From positions 1 to 36,276 of the forward strand of contig JAVZCV010000011.1 of the NCBI GenBank assembly GCA_038874215.1: DNA of 36,276 nucleotides. The letters are read 5' to 3'. The position numbers were made by a program, and so were the translations under genes. The notes beneath the pieces were generated by a model. It did no database searches. It was not told the origin of the DNA and worked only from the letters and a program-made list of their open reading frames with translations. The stretch comes from Candidatus Micrarchaeia archaeon. GTDB lineage: Archaea > Micrarchaeota > Micrarchaeia > Burarchaeales > JAVZCV01. Each line of letters opens with the position of its first letter. Positions within the stretch are counted from its first letter, which is position 1. This document shows, piece after piece, positions 10,413-19,188 of the stretch.

Positions 10413-10733
10413 TCAATCCTGCAACGCATCTTTAAGGTCTTTTTCTGAAATCCCAACACCAGGTATTGCTGAAAGCCTTCTTATCTCCTTTCCATCTACG
10501 AATAAAAGGACTGTCGGCACGCACTCTATTTTGTATTTCTCCCAAAGAGGGTTTTCATCTTCGTCAATAGCAACAAGAAGACCCTCCCAGCTCTCAGATG
10601 AACCGACAGCGCTACGAAATACTGGCAAAAAGCGCATGCAAAATGGGCACCAGTGTGCGAAGAAGAGAACGGCGAGCCTTTTCGCTTTTCTTATTTTTGC
10701 ATTTAGGTCCGCCTCGGAAGATATCTCATCCAT
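10413..10733 (-). CDS. Thioredoxin family protein
   Basis: FFAHWCPFC active site and cis-Pro motif CVPTV. Second ATG (10733) preferred because the first (10754) lies within the TATA run. Confidence 0.88.
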   Translation of the reverse strand: MDEISSEADLNAKIRKAKRLAVLFFAHWCPFCMRFLPVFRSAVGSSESWEGLLVAIDEDENPLWEKYKIECVPTVLLFVDGKEIRRLSAIPGVGISEKDLKDALQD

Positions 10734-10752
10734 GGATGGGAGTTTGGCAAAC

Positions 10753-10763
10753 ATATATATAAA
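10753..10763. promoter_or_regulatory. Putative bidirectional TATA element between thioredoxin and GNAT
   Basis: ATATATATAAA centred at 10758, about 25 bp from both ATG 10733 (-) and ATG 10784 (+). Confidence 0.55.
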
Positions 10764-10783
10764 CCAACCGCCAAGGAGAGAGC

Positions 10784-11233
10784 ATGCGAATCAGAAAATA
10801 CATGAAAACGATGGTTGGGGCAGTGTCGCCACTTTTGTCAGAGGCAACGCAGGGTTGGGAGGAAGAGTGGAGACAGGAGATTTTCAATCTCTATTCCCGA
10901 TATTCCCGCACATTGGGAGAAGCATACGTGGCGGAGGACAAGGGTGAGATAATCGGTACTATTTTTCTTAAGAGATGCGTGCGTGCTCTGGTGATATACT
11001 TTCTTGCTGTAAGCAAAAAACGGAGAGGGGAGGGAATAGGGAAGGCTCTTGTGCGGATGGCTGAGAGAATCGCCGCCCGTGAGAAGAGAATCCTGCGCGT
11101 TGACGTGGAGAATAAATGCAGTAACGAGCGCTTCTATGAAAAACTTGGATTTAGAAAGTGCGGCAGAGTTGAGAATTTTTACATGGAAGGCGATGACCAG
11201 ATTTTCATGTGGAAGAAGCCCGCGGGAAGATAA
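10784..11233 (+). CDS. GNAT family N-acetyltransferase (RimI-like)
   Basis: LAVSKKRRGEGIGKAL acetyl-CoA motif A and NERFYEKLGF motif B. Confidence 0.9.
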   Translation: MRIRKYMKTMVGAVSPLLSEATQGWEEEWRQEIFNLYSRYSRTLGEAYVAEDKGEIIGTIFLKRCVRALVIYFLAVSKKRRGEGIGKALVRMAERIAAREKRILRVDVENKCSNERFYEKLGFRKCGRVENFYMEGDDQIFMWKKPAGR

Positions 11234-12446
11234 AGCCGAGGACGGAATCCATTTTTCGGATTGCTTGAAGCGCATTCTTTGCGTTCCTTTTCCCAAGCTT
11301 TTTTTTCTTCGCAAACCGATCAAGCCTATTTACTAGAGAGCAGAGGGTTTTTATCGCCCGTGGGATGTCAAAATCGTTGTTTATGTGTGCGCTGAATTCT
11401 TTCATCGCATTTGCTATGATATTATCTGCTTCATAATTTTCAGATGAGAAAATGTTTTGTGCAAGGGTTGGGATAAGCCGCTTGCACTTGGCAAGCTCGC
11501 GTGCTGTTGCACGCAAACCGCTGAATGTGAAGTTTAGCCTTCTCCTGTAATGCTGCGTAAGGAAATATGCACGTATGGCATCGTAGCCATAGCCCATTCT
11601 GCGCAGGTCTCTAACAGTATATATGTTGCCGAGCGATTTGCTCATCTTCCTGCCATATACTATGAGGTGGCGCACGTGCATCCAGTATCTGGCGGGCATT
11701 CTTCCAGTTGCACATCTTGTCTGCGCAATTTCGTTTTCGTGGTGCGCAAATATGTTGTCAACCCCACCCACATGAATATCAAATGGTGCTCCGAGATATC
11801 GTATGCTCATCGCACTGCATTCTATATGCCAACCAGGCCTTCCTCTGCCCAACTTTGTGTCCCAGAAAACATCTCCGTCGCTCTTTCGCCAGCCTTTCCA
11901 GAGAGCGAAATCCCCTGCTTCTTGTGGCGAATAATCGTCTTTTAAAATTCGTTTATTTAGCTTGTTTTTGAACCTTGCATGCGAGAGCTTCCCATAGCCA
12001 CGGAAGCGTGAAACATCAAAAAACACATTGCTTTTTTCATCTGCGTATGCAAACTTTTTTCGCAGAAGTTTTCTTATCATGCTCACCATGTATGGAATGT
12101 TTTCTGTTGCGCGCGGGTAGTGGTCTGCGGGCAGTATGTTAAGGGCGCGTGCATATTTCATGAATATTCTCTCGTTTTTTCGCGCGATTCTCATCATTAT
12201 GCGCATTCTGCCGCGAGCCTCATGGACTGCCTTGTCCTCAACATCTGTTATATTCATGATGTGCCGAACCCTGTACCCATTGTATAGAAGCACCCGCTTA
12301 ACAACATCTTCAAAAACATAGGTGCGGAAGTTCCCTATGTGCGGTTCTGAATAAACGCTCGGGCCGCACGTGTAAATCCGAACCTCGTTCTTTCTAATCG
12401 GCACGAATCTCCTTTTCCTTCTTTTTAGAGTATCGTAGATGAGCAT
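11205..12446 (-). CDS. cysS: Cysteine--tRNA ligase-like protein lacking the C-terminal anticodon-binding domain
   Basis: YTCGPSVY, HIGN, GRPGWHIECSAM, HHENEIAQ and KMSKSLGN motifs; the protein ends just after the DALR helical bundle (DSVLGF) at 413 aa. Confidence 0.85.
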   Translation of the reverse strand: MLIYDTLKRRKRRFVPIRKNEVRIYTCGPSVYSEPHIGNFRTYVFEDVVKRVLLYNGYRVRHIMNITDVEDKAVHEARGRMRIMMRIARKNERIFMKYARALNILPADHYPRATENIPYMVSMIRKLLRKKFAYADEKSNVFFDVSRFRGYGKLSHARFKNKLNKRILKDDYSPQEAGDFALWKGWRKSDGDVFWDTKLGRGRPGWHIECSAMSIRYLGAPFDIHVGGVDNIFAHHENEIAQTRCATGRMPARYWMHVRHLIVYGRKMSKSLGNIYTVRDLRRMGYGYDAIRAYFLTQHYRRRLNFTFSGLRATARELAKCKRLIPTLAQNIFSSENYEADNIIANAMKEFSAHINNDFDIPRAIKTLCSLVNRLDRFAKKKKLGKRNAKNALQAIRKMDSVLGFIFPRASST

Positions 12447-13193
12447 TCATTTCGCCTGCTGTAAGCTTCCAAAGCTAAAAACGCCAATAACGCTCGTTAT
12501 TATGATGAAGAGAAATATCACTGTGGCATCGAAAATAAGCGGAAAGCTGCCCGAACCGAGCAGAATAACTCGGAGAGCATCAACGCCATATGTAAGCGGG
12601 TTGATTGAGCTTATGGGTTTTAGAAACGATGGCAGGTTTGAGATGTTGAAGAGGGCACCACTGAAAAAAAACATTGGCCACATGACGAAGTTTACAACCA
12701 AAGAAAAACCTTCTTGGCTTTTCATGTTCGCGCCTATTATTAGCCCCAACCCAGTCATAGCGAATGCTATCATGAAGAGAAACACTAGAGAGAGCAGGAA
12801 AGCGCTTGGTGAAATCGGAATGACGAAAACGGCACCTATGAATAGAAGAAAAAGTGCATGGAGCATTGCGTCTGTAACTCCTCCCAAAACTTTCCCGAAA
12901 AATATGCTGCTCCTTGAAACAGGGGCCACAAGGACCTCTTTTAGAAAGTCAAGCCTCCTGTCCCATATTATGTATAGGCCATAGAACATTGAGACGAATA
13001 GAACGGACATGCAAAGTATGCCTGGGAATATGAATGCACGATAATCGCCAGATATACTTTCTCCCATTCCGCTACCGAATATAAACAGCCAAAGAAGCGG
13101 TGATAGTATTGAAGAGGCTATACGCTCTTTCTCCCTCAGGAAAACCTTCGCCTCCCTTAACCATATGGCATGGACTGCGTATAACTCAACCAC
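12447..13193 (-). CDS. ABC-2 type exporter permease (DrrB-like)
   Basis: DRRLDFLKEVLVAPVSR, FFSGALF and NPLTYGVDALR motifs; 6 TM helices. Start placed at GTG 13193 behind a GGTG RBS; the ORF track starts at 13241. Confidence 0.9.
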   Translation of the reverse strand: MVELYAVHAIWLREAKVFLREKERIASSILSPLLWLFIFGSGMGESISGDYRAFIFPGILCMSVLFVSMFYGLYIIWDRRLDFLKEVLVAPVSRSSIFFGKVLGGVTDAMLHALFLLFIGAVFVIPISPSAFLLSLVFLFMIAFAMTGLGLIIGANMKSQEGFSLVVNFVMWPMFFFSGALFNISNLPSFLKPISSINPLTYGVDALRVILLGSGSFPLIFDATVIFLFIIITSVIGVFSFGSLQQAK

Positions 13194-14166
13194 GCGAATC
13201 ACCGAAACGGAAAACACGCTCTGCCCACGAGCCCTCCGCATCGCCTTCCCTTATCTCTTTGCCTGTGAAACGAAGGAAAACGTCGTTTAGAGTTACCGCT
13301 CTCACTTCAACAGATTCAAGCTTCCCGCACGCACCAAGGAGTTCCTGCAGGTTTGCGGCGGCGTTCTCAATTATCAGTTCAGCGTACTCCTCGCCATCGT
13401 AGAATTTCTTTTCAAACTTTTTTACAAACGGTAAAGCCGCTATGCTCCGCTCATCAACATGGCCTTTCAGCCTAACGATGTCTTCACCAACCGTCTTCTT
13501 TAGCTCGTTGGCCTTCCCAAGTGCGATTAATTTTCCATTGTCTATTATGCCTACACGGTCGCAGAGCATATCTGCCTCCTCCATGTAGTGAGTTGTCAGA
13601 ACAATTGTTGTTCCATTCTCGCCTGCAAGTCTCTTTATGTAGTCCCATATATTCTTCCTGCTTGCGGGATCAAGCCCAAGAGTCGGTTCATCCAAGAATA
13701 GAATTTCGGGGCTGTGCATGAGACCGCGTGCAAGCTCAAGCCGCCTTCTCATTCCACCCGAGTATGTGCTAACTCTGTCGTCCTGCCGTTCCTTCAGACC
13801 CACAAGCGAAAGCATCTCTTCAACCCTCTCTTCTATGAGGGTGCGGGGCATGCCGTAAAGCATCCCATGTAGTTCAAGATTTTCCCTGCCCGTCAGCATG
13901 TCATCAACACTCGGCTCCTGAAATACTATGCCTATCCTCTCACGAACTTTCCGTGGTGCTTTGCATATATCAAAGCCCGCTACTGTAGCAGTTCCTGAGG
14001 TTGGCTTTATGAGTGTGCAGAGCATGCTTATGAGTGTTGTCTTACCCGCACCGTTCGGTCCTAGAAGCCCGAAAACCTCGCCGCTTTCTATTTCCAATGA
14101 GAGGCTATCAACGGCTGTTGTATTGCCGTATCGTTTAGTGAGGTTTTCAATGTTTATGATTGGCAT
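13186..14166 (-). CDS. ABC exporter ATP-binding protein (DrrA-like)
   Basis: GPNGAGKTT, YSGGMRRR, LFLDEPTLGLDP, TTHYMEEA and C-terminal TLNDVFL motifs. Confidence 0.93.
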   Translation of the reverse strand: MPIINIENLTKRYGNTTAVDSLSLEIESGEVFGLLGPNGAGKTTLISMLCTLIKPTSGTATVAGFDICKAPRKVRERIGIVFQEPSVDDMLTGRENLELHGMLYGMPRTLIEERVEEMLSLVGLKERQDDRVSTYSGGMRRRLELARGLMHSPEILFLDEPTLGLDPASRKNIWDYIKRLAGENGTTIVLTTHYMEEADMLCDRVGIIDNGKLIALGKANELKKTVGEDIVRLKGHVDERSIAALPFVKKFEKKFYDGEEYAELIIENAAANLQELLGACGKLESVEVRAVTLNDVFLRFTGKEIREGDAEGSWAERVFRFGDSRG

Positions 14167-14376
14167 TGAAGGAATTACACTGATAAATTATAAAATGGTA
14201 AAGAATTTCTTTGGCCTTTTTATATGCGGGCTCGTCATAAGTCAAACTTCAACATAAGACGGAGATAGGGATATAAGTTTAGAAATTCAAGTTTTTGCGT
14301 GATAGAGTAGGGCGGCCGCCAGCCTCCAGCACACTGCTTTGCGATTGCAGACATTTAGGCGGCTGGGGGTGATTTT

Positions 14377-15327
14377 GTGGGAATGTGTAGTGTCTGCAAT
14401 ACGCGCCCGCTTGTTGCATTGTTAGTTATAGCATTGCTATTAACACTTGTGGAAGCAGCGAAGTATGAGAAGCCGTATCAGCCGGGGAAGGAAACATGCG
14501 CTAACGTGCTGGAAAGAGTATGCTACCAAAAGATGCACCATCCGATTGTTGTGGGGAATGAGAAAAAGGGCGAGTTCTCAACCCTGATCAATGCAAAGGC
14601 AGGGGAAAACATATGGAGAAACGTGTGCATGAGAGGAGAGATAATCGTCCAGAGCGTAGTGAGAGAAACTTCTCGCTGTCCTGATGGAGAAGAAATCGTT
14701 GAAATCTGCTTCAGACACAACAATAAGGAGATAATCCAGAGATATACTGGGGAGTGCTATGTGCCGCCCGCCCCGCCAGCGCCAGAGACCGAGCCAGGGA
14801 CCGAACCGCAGCCAGAGCCCGAGCCAGAACCTTATGAGAGGCTGTATTATCCGTGGGAAGTGTATATCTGCACAGAAAACCTAAAACTCTCATGCGAGGC
14901 GCATGCAAAACCACAGATGTTAAGAATAAAGGAGCTTGTGATGAGCAATCCGAACAGCAGGATGGACTTTTCGGGCTATGGCATGCAAATGCACCTCTAC
15001 CACAATTACACTTTTGTATCAAGAGATAGCGGTGGCTATTACTACGAATACAGAATATTCTACACATATGATATGAACGGTCAGGAAAAAGATTGGGCTG
15101 GAATTCTCTACAACGTCACATACAACGCAATGGGAGTTGAAAGTTTGGAGCAACACTATGGATACAGCTGGGGTGAAGTGCCAGATACGAGCACGCTTGG
15201 CCCAAACGGTGTTATAATGGATGTGGTATATCAGCCTGCAGAGGATGAAAGGTGCATGTGCCAGGACTATACGTATAACTCGTACAGAATTTTCGGATGC
15301 GAAGGGGCGTGTTGCAATAGGGGGTAG
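14377..15327 (+). CDS. Secreted cysteine-rich hypothetical protein with a Pro/Glu linker
   Basis: GGGGGTGA RBS before GTG; signal peptide ending in VEA-A; 15 Cys; PPAPPAPETEPGTEPQPEPEPEP linker between two domains. Confidence 0.7.
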   Translation: MGMCSVCNTRPLVALLVIALLLTLVEAAKYEKPYQPGKETCANVLERVCYQKMHHPIVVGNEKKGEFSTLINAKAGENIWRNVCMRGEIIVQSVVRETSRCPDGEEIVEICFRHNNKEIIQRYTGECYVPPAPPAPETEPGTEPQPEPEPEPYERLYYPWEVYICTENLKLSCEAHAKPQMLRIKELVMSNPNSRMDFSGYGMQMHLYHNYTFVSRDSGGYYYEYRIFYTYDMNGQEKDWAGILYNVTYNAMGVESLEQHYGYSWGEVPDTSTLGPNGVIMDVVYQPAEDERCMCQDYTYNSYRIFGCEGACCNRG

Positions 15328-15357
15328 GGGGCTTTGCCCCCTTTTATTTTTTTTTTT
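15326..15357 (+). terminator. Hairpin plus T-tract terminator
   Basis: AGGGGGC-TTT-GCCCCCT hairpin followed by a long T-tract directly at the stop codon, between convergent genes. Confidence 0.7.
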
Positions 15358-15363
15358 GAAAAA

Positions 15364-15657
15364 CTAAACGAACGGAAGCGATTTGAAAGGCTCGGGTTCG
15401 GGGTCTGGGCGAGGATTGAGGTTTTTCACTTCCCATAGGTATAGGCTTCTTGTGCTCACGCGCTCCATCTTCACAATTAGAGGTATGCTGTTTTCTTTCA
15501 GGAAAGCGTTTATCCTCTCCACAGTCCTTTCGTCTATCGGGTCGTTGTTTGACCAGCTGTATGAGGTTCTGTTTACAAGGCAGCTCACAATCAGGTTTGC
15601 ATCAAGTTCGGATGCGCCGATTGCTTTTAGCTTCTCGTACAGTTCGTTTGGGTTCAT
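15364..15657 (-). CDS. Hypothetical protein (97 aa)
   Basis: ATG preceded by a GGCGGTG-N5 RBS; protein-like composition; fills the gap between neighbours. Confidence 0.65.
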   Translation of the reverse strand: MNPNELYEKLKAIGASELDANLIVSCLVNRTSYSWSNNDPIDERTVERINAFLKENSIPLIVKMERVSTRSLYLWEVKNLNPRPDPEPEPFKSLPFV

Positions 15658-15752
15658 TTTTTCACCGCCGCCTGCAAATTGTGTTGTTGTTCCAAAATAT
15701 AAAGGTTGTGTTCGGGGAAACGTATTAATATGCGGGAGTGGTAAATTGCTTT

Positions 15753-17102
15753 ATGGTTCCTAACTCGCAGAATGAAACGGGAGAGACGAAGGAAACGAAG
15801 GTTGAGAAAACTGAGGAGAAGAAGAGCCTGAGATTTCTCTTCGTATCAATTGAGGGACTGATAGGAGACTTAGCGTGGCAAGTGAAGAAGGAAGGCCATG
15901 AGGTTAAGTACTACATTCAAGATAAATCGCAGAAGGATGTCTGCGATGGTTTTGTTGACAAGTGCGATGATTGGAAGGCTCTAAAAGACTGGGCTGATGT
16001 GATAGTTTTTGATGATGTTGGCTTCGGGCAGATAGCAGAGGATTTGCGAAAAGAGGGAAAGGCGGTAGTCGGCGGTTCTGTATATACTGATAGGCTTGAA
16101 AATGAGAGGGATTTCGGGCAGGAGGAGCTGAAAAAGGCGGGCGTGAGCGTTCTCCCGAGCTGGAACTTCACGGATTTTGATGAGGCGATTGATTTTGTGC
16201 AGAAAAACCCGATGCGCTATGTGATAAAGCCGAGCGGGAAGGCGCAGAACGAGAAGGAGCTCGCATTCATAGGGCAGGAGGAGGATGGAAACGACATAAT
16301 CAATGTACTGCAACGCTACAAGAAGAGCTGGGCAAAAAAACTGAATGCATTCCAGCTACAACGGTTTGCGCAGGGGGTTGAGGTTGCAGTCGGCGCATTC
16401 TTCAACGGAAAAGATTTCGTTTATCCGATAAACGTGAATTTTGAGCATAAGAGAATGTTCCCTGGGGATATAGGACCTAATACGGGGGAGATGGGAACTC
16501 TCATGTTCTGGTCTCCGCCGAATACGATATTCAATGAAACTCTTGGTAAGATGAAGGAAGCGCTTGCTGCATCGGGCTATGTTGGATATATAGACGTGAA
16601 CTGCATCGCGAATGCGCGCGGCATATATCCTCTTGAATTCACATCACGCTTTGGCTACCCGACGATAAGCATACAGATGGAGGGGGTTGCAAGCGAGTGG
16701 GGTACATTTCTTTACGGGCTTGCTACGGGGCAGACTCCAGAATTAAAAACGAGGAAGGGATTTCAGATTGGAGTTGTGATAGCGGTTCCTCCATTCCCAT
16801 TTACAGACCCTGCGGCATTCAGGAGGTATTCTGAAGAAGCGATAATAATATTCAAGAAGCCGTCTTTTGAAGGAGTTCATTTGGGGGATGTAAAACTCGT
16901 TGAGGGGGACTGGCGGCTTGCTGGGCAGTCGGGCTACGCTCTCATAATAACAGCATCGGGCTTGACTGTTGATGATGCGAGAAAGCAGGTTTACAAGCGC
17001 GTTGAAAACATATTGATTCCGAATATGTTCTACCGCACCGATATAGGTGAAAGGTGGGTGCGCGATAGCGATATGCTCCACACGTGGGGCTATCTCTACT
17101 GA
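15753..17102 (+). CDS. Phosphoribosylamine--glycine ligase-like (PurD-like) ATP-grasp protein, divergent family
   Basis: LENERDFG, YVIKPSG, EHKRMFPGDIGPNTGEMG, LEFTSRFGYP and YRTDIG match the GARS A/C domains; the canonical N-terminal GxGGREH motif is absent. Start is GTG 15738 or ATG 15753. Confidence 0.75.
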   Translation: MVPNSQNETGETKETKVEKTEEKKSLRFLFVSIEGLIGDLAWQVKKEGHEVKYYIQDKSQKDVCDGFVDKCDDWKALKDWADVIVFDDVGFGQIAEDLRKEGKAVVGGSVYTDRLENERDFGQEELKKAGVSVLPSWNFTDFDEAIDFVQKNPMRYVIKPSGKAQNEKELAFIGQEEDGNDIINVLQRYKKSWAKKLNAFQLQRFAQGVEVAVGAFFNGKDFVYPINVNFEHKRMFPGDIGPNTGEMGTLMFWSPPNTIFNETLGKMKEALAASGYVGYIDVNCIANARGIYPLEFTSRFGYPTISIQMEGVASEWGTFLYGLATGQTPELKTRKGFQIGVVIAVPPFPFTDPAAFRRYSEEAIIIFKKPSFEGVHLGDVKLVEGDWRLAGQSGYALIITASGLTVDDARKQVYKRVENILIPNMFYRTDIGERWVRDSDMLHTWGYLY

Positions 17103-17677
17103 TTCCCATCGTGCATGCATATCTTCTCGTAGTTCATCCTAACTCTTTTTAGTATTTCCGCAACCGCCCTTCCGAATCTCCTTGCCTTGTAAAAAGAAAC
17201 GCATGACTTCCCGTGTATGTTTCCTTCTATGGGGAGATTAAGGGAGAATGTCGGGTATTTCTTCCCGTATATTTGCGTCTCGTCCTTATGCCCTGTCTTG
17301 AAGCCTATTTTGAAGCCTTTTATTCTCGCAAGAATCCGCTTAAGCTCCTTCTTATTCACGTTGAATGGCCATTCCACATTCACATCTGCTTTTTTAGATG
17401 CCTGCGTGACATCAATAGGTATGTAGAGGGCTTTTCCTTCCCTCCGCATGACCTCTTTTGCGCCAGCCATGCTTTCCTCTTCTGCCGTTGTGAAGTAGAA
17501 TTTTATCCTCTTGTCTCTGACACGCGGCATAACAGAGCGGAGAACCTCTGCAACGCAGACAACGTTGTCAAGGTTGCCGTAGTAGTAGCGCCTCCTCCTT
17601 CTCCTTACGAAGGTTATCCTTGCAACCTTCCATACAAAATCAGAGTGAACAGAAATAACGATTTTACCTGGTTTCAT
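17096..17677 (-). CDS. Small M28/M42-like zinc metallopeptidase-fold protein, very basic
   Basis: Ordered metal-ligand motifs VHSD, GNLDN, FTTAEEE, IDVT and NIH. Confidence 0.6.
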   Translation of the reverse strand: MKPGKIVISVHSDFVWKVARITFVRRRRRRYYYGNLDNVVCVAEVLRSVMPRVRDKRIKFYFTTAEEESMAGAKEVMRREGKALYIPIDVTQASKKADVNVEWPFNVNKKELKRILARIKGFKIGFKTGHKDETQIYGKKYPTFSLNLPIEGNIHGKSCVSFYKARRFGRAVAEILKRVRMNYEKICMHDGNQ

Positions 17678-17755
17678 TATGGGAGATTATGCGATAAACT
17701 ACATAAAATTTGCCGAGAGGAGCGTGGATGTTTTATAAAACATGCGGCAAATGGC

Positions 17756-19102
17756 TTAAATTTCTATCCTATTTCCCTTCTCCACCAACTCAACTTTTGT
17801 TCCCGACTCCCTGAATAGCATGGGGTTTTCGGTATGCACTGGAAAGACGAGCTTGGGGGATATTTCTTTTATGGCGCTCATGACTTCCTGCCTGCTTAAA
17901 TGCCCGCTCGCATGGAGCTGGTGCCGCCTCATACCAAAATGAATTAGCCAGTTCTCAAGGATATCATCGGAAATAACTGAAATAGGGTCTTCTTCTATTG
18001 GTTCGCTCATTGAGTGTATGCATTCGCCACCATCTGGTCTTATATCTATGAGTTCGGTCAGGTGATAGAAATCAAGCTCAAGGATGACATTATTGAGGTT
18101 CTCGTGAACGTAGTCCGAGCCTATGCATTTTTCAATCATCTCTGCTTCCCATTTATTGTAGCGCAGCATAAGCCTGCAATAGACCTCAATGTTCTTGTCT
18201 GCGAATGGATCGGGAAGCGATATGTGTGGGTCGTCTTTAAGTGAAAGAAGTAGGTGGGCAGTCTTCATTGATATGACGAGTGTTTTTCCGCTCTCCTTCG
18301 CAAGGCCGTAGAATGTCATCATCCTGTCCAAATCCTTGGGATAGCGCATTGCAAGCACGAGGCCTTTCGCATTCTCAACTATTTTTCTGCTTTCCCTCCT
18401 TACAAATTCCTCTGTGTGGTTCTTCCTTTTTTCAACATCGGCTACGCGCGTGCCTTCTATTATGAGCGCTTCTGGCTCTGCGCACTTTGCCTTTTCTATG
18501 AACTCCTCGGTCATGTCTGCCCGTGGCCCATGCTTGCGGAAATCCCCAGTGTAGGCTATTACTCCGCCGCTCGTTTCAATTAGAAATCCATATGCGCCAG
18601 GCACAGAGTGGTCTACATGAATGGGCGTAACCTTCACTCCCCCCACATCAATCTCCTTGCCGCTCCTGAAAGTGCGGATGTCGGCTCCCTCTGGGAAGAA
18701 GGATGTTCGTGTCGTGATTGAGGTTGAGTCAAGTATGCGCTTCGTTGCATCGCCAAGGTATATGGGAATTTCTGGGTGGAGATAGTTCAAGTGCGCAACG
18801 TGATCAAAGTGGGCATGGGAGATGAAAACGCCGTCAAACTCGGGCTCTGAAAACTCAAGCTCCGTGTAGGCGAGCGCCTCCTGAGAGTATAGCCCTTTAA
18901 GCATAGGGATGAGTCCAAACTCAAAGTAGTCCCTGAGCCCGAACCTCTCGCGCGGAAAGAGGTAGGACTCGGGTATGAAGTAGTCATCAAGAAGCGAGAA
19001 TGACTGCCCAAAATCAAAGAACACCCTCGCACCCTTGTCCTCTACAAGGATTTTGTTCCCGCCTATTTCGTTTATTCCGCCGTAGAAGGTTAGGGATGCC
19101 AT
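17756..19102 (-). CDS. MBL-fold beta-CASP metallo-hydrolase (RNase J-like)
   Basis: LTFYGGINEIGGN, SHAHFDH, VDHS, YTGDFR, HASGH and PVHTE motifs. Start placed at ATG 19102 with a TATA-like TTTTAAAA at 19123-19130; the frame stays open upstream to the res stop at 19241-19243. Confidence 0.88.
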   Translation of the reverse strand: MASLTFYGGINEIGGNKILVEDKGARVFFDFGQSFSLLDDYFIPESYLFPRERFGLRDYFEFGLIPMLKGLYSQEALAYTELEFSEPEFDGVFISHAHFDHVAHLNYLHPEIPIYLGDATKRILDSTSITTRTSFFPEGADIRTFRSGKEIDVGGVKVTPIHVDHSVPGAYGFLIETSGGVIAYTGDFRKHGPRADMTEEFIEKAKCAEPEALIIEGTRVADVEKRKNHTEEFVRRESRKIVENAKGLVLAMRYPKDLDRMMTFYGLAKESGKTLVISMKTAHLLLSLKDDPHISLPDPFADKNIEVYCRLMLRYNKWEAEMIEKCIGSDYVHENLNNVILELDFYHLTELIDIRPDGGECIHSMSEPIEEDPISVISDDILENWLIHFGMRRHQLHASGHLSRQEVMSAIKEISPKLVFPVHTENPMLFRESGTKVELVEKGNRIEI

Positions 19103-19188
19103 AAAGTGATTGTGTGGGGGTATTTTAAAAAAAGTGGTAGTAAATGCGCTTACGAATTTTATTGATTGGTTGGACGCCACAAAATCTG

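Noticed and set aside
10838-11323. Frameshifted continuation supplying the missing CysRS anticodon domain
   Set aside because: The 161-aa alternative frame shows no resemblance to that domain and is antisense to the GNAT; the third frame stops quickly.
14314-14400. HDV-like ribozyme (GGCCGCC/GGCGGCU followed by GG resembles P1 and P1.1)
   Set aside because: There is no room for P3/L3 between the candidate P2 and P1 3' strands, and no recognisable P4 or catalytic J4/2. Kept only as a generic structure.
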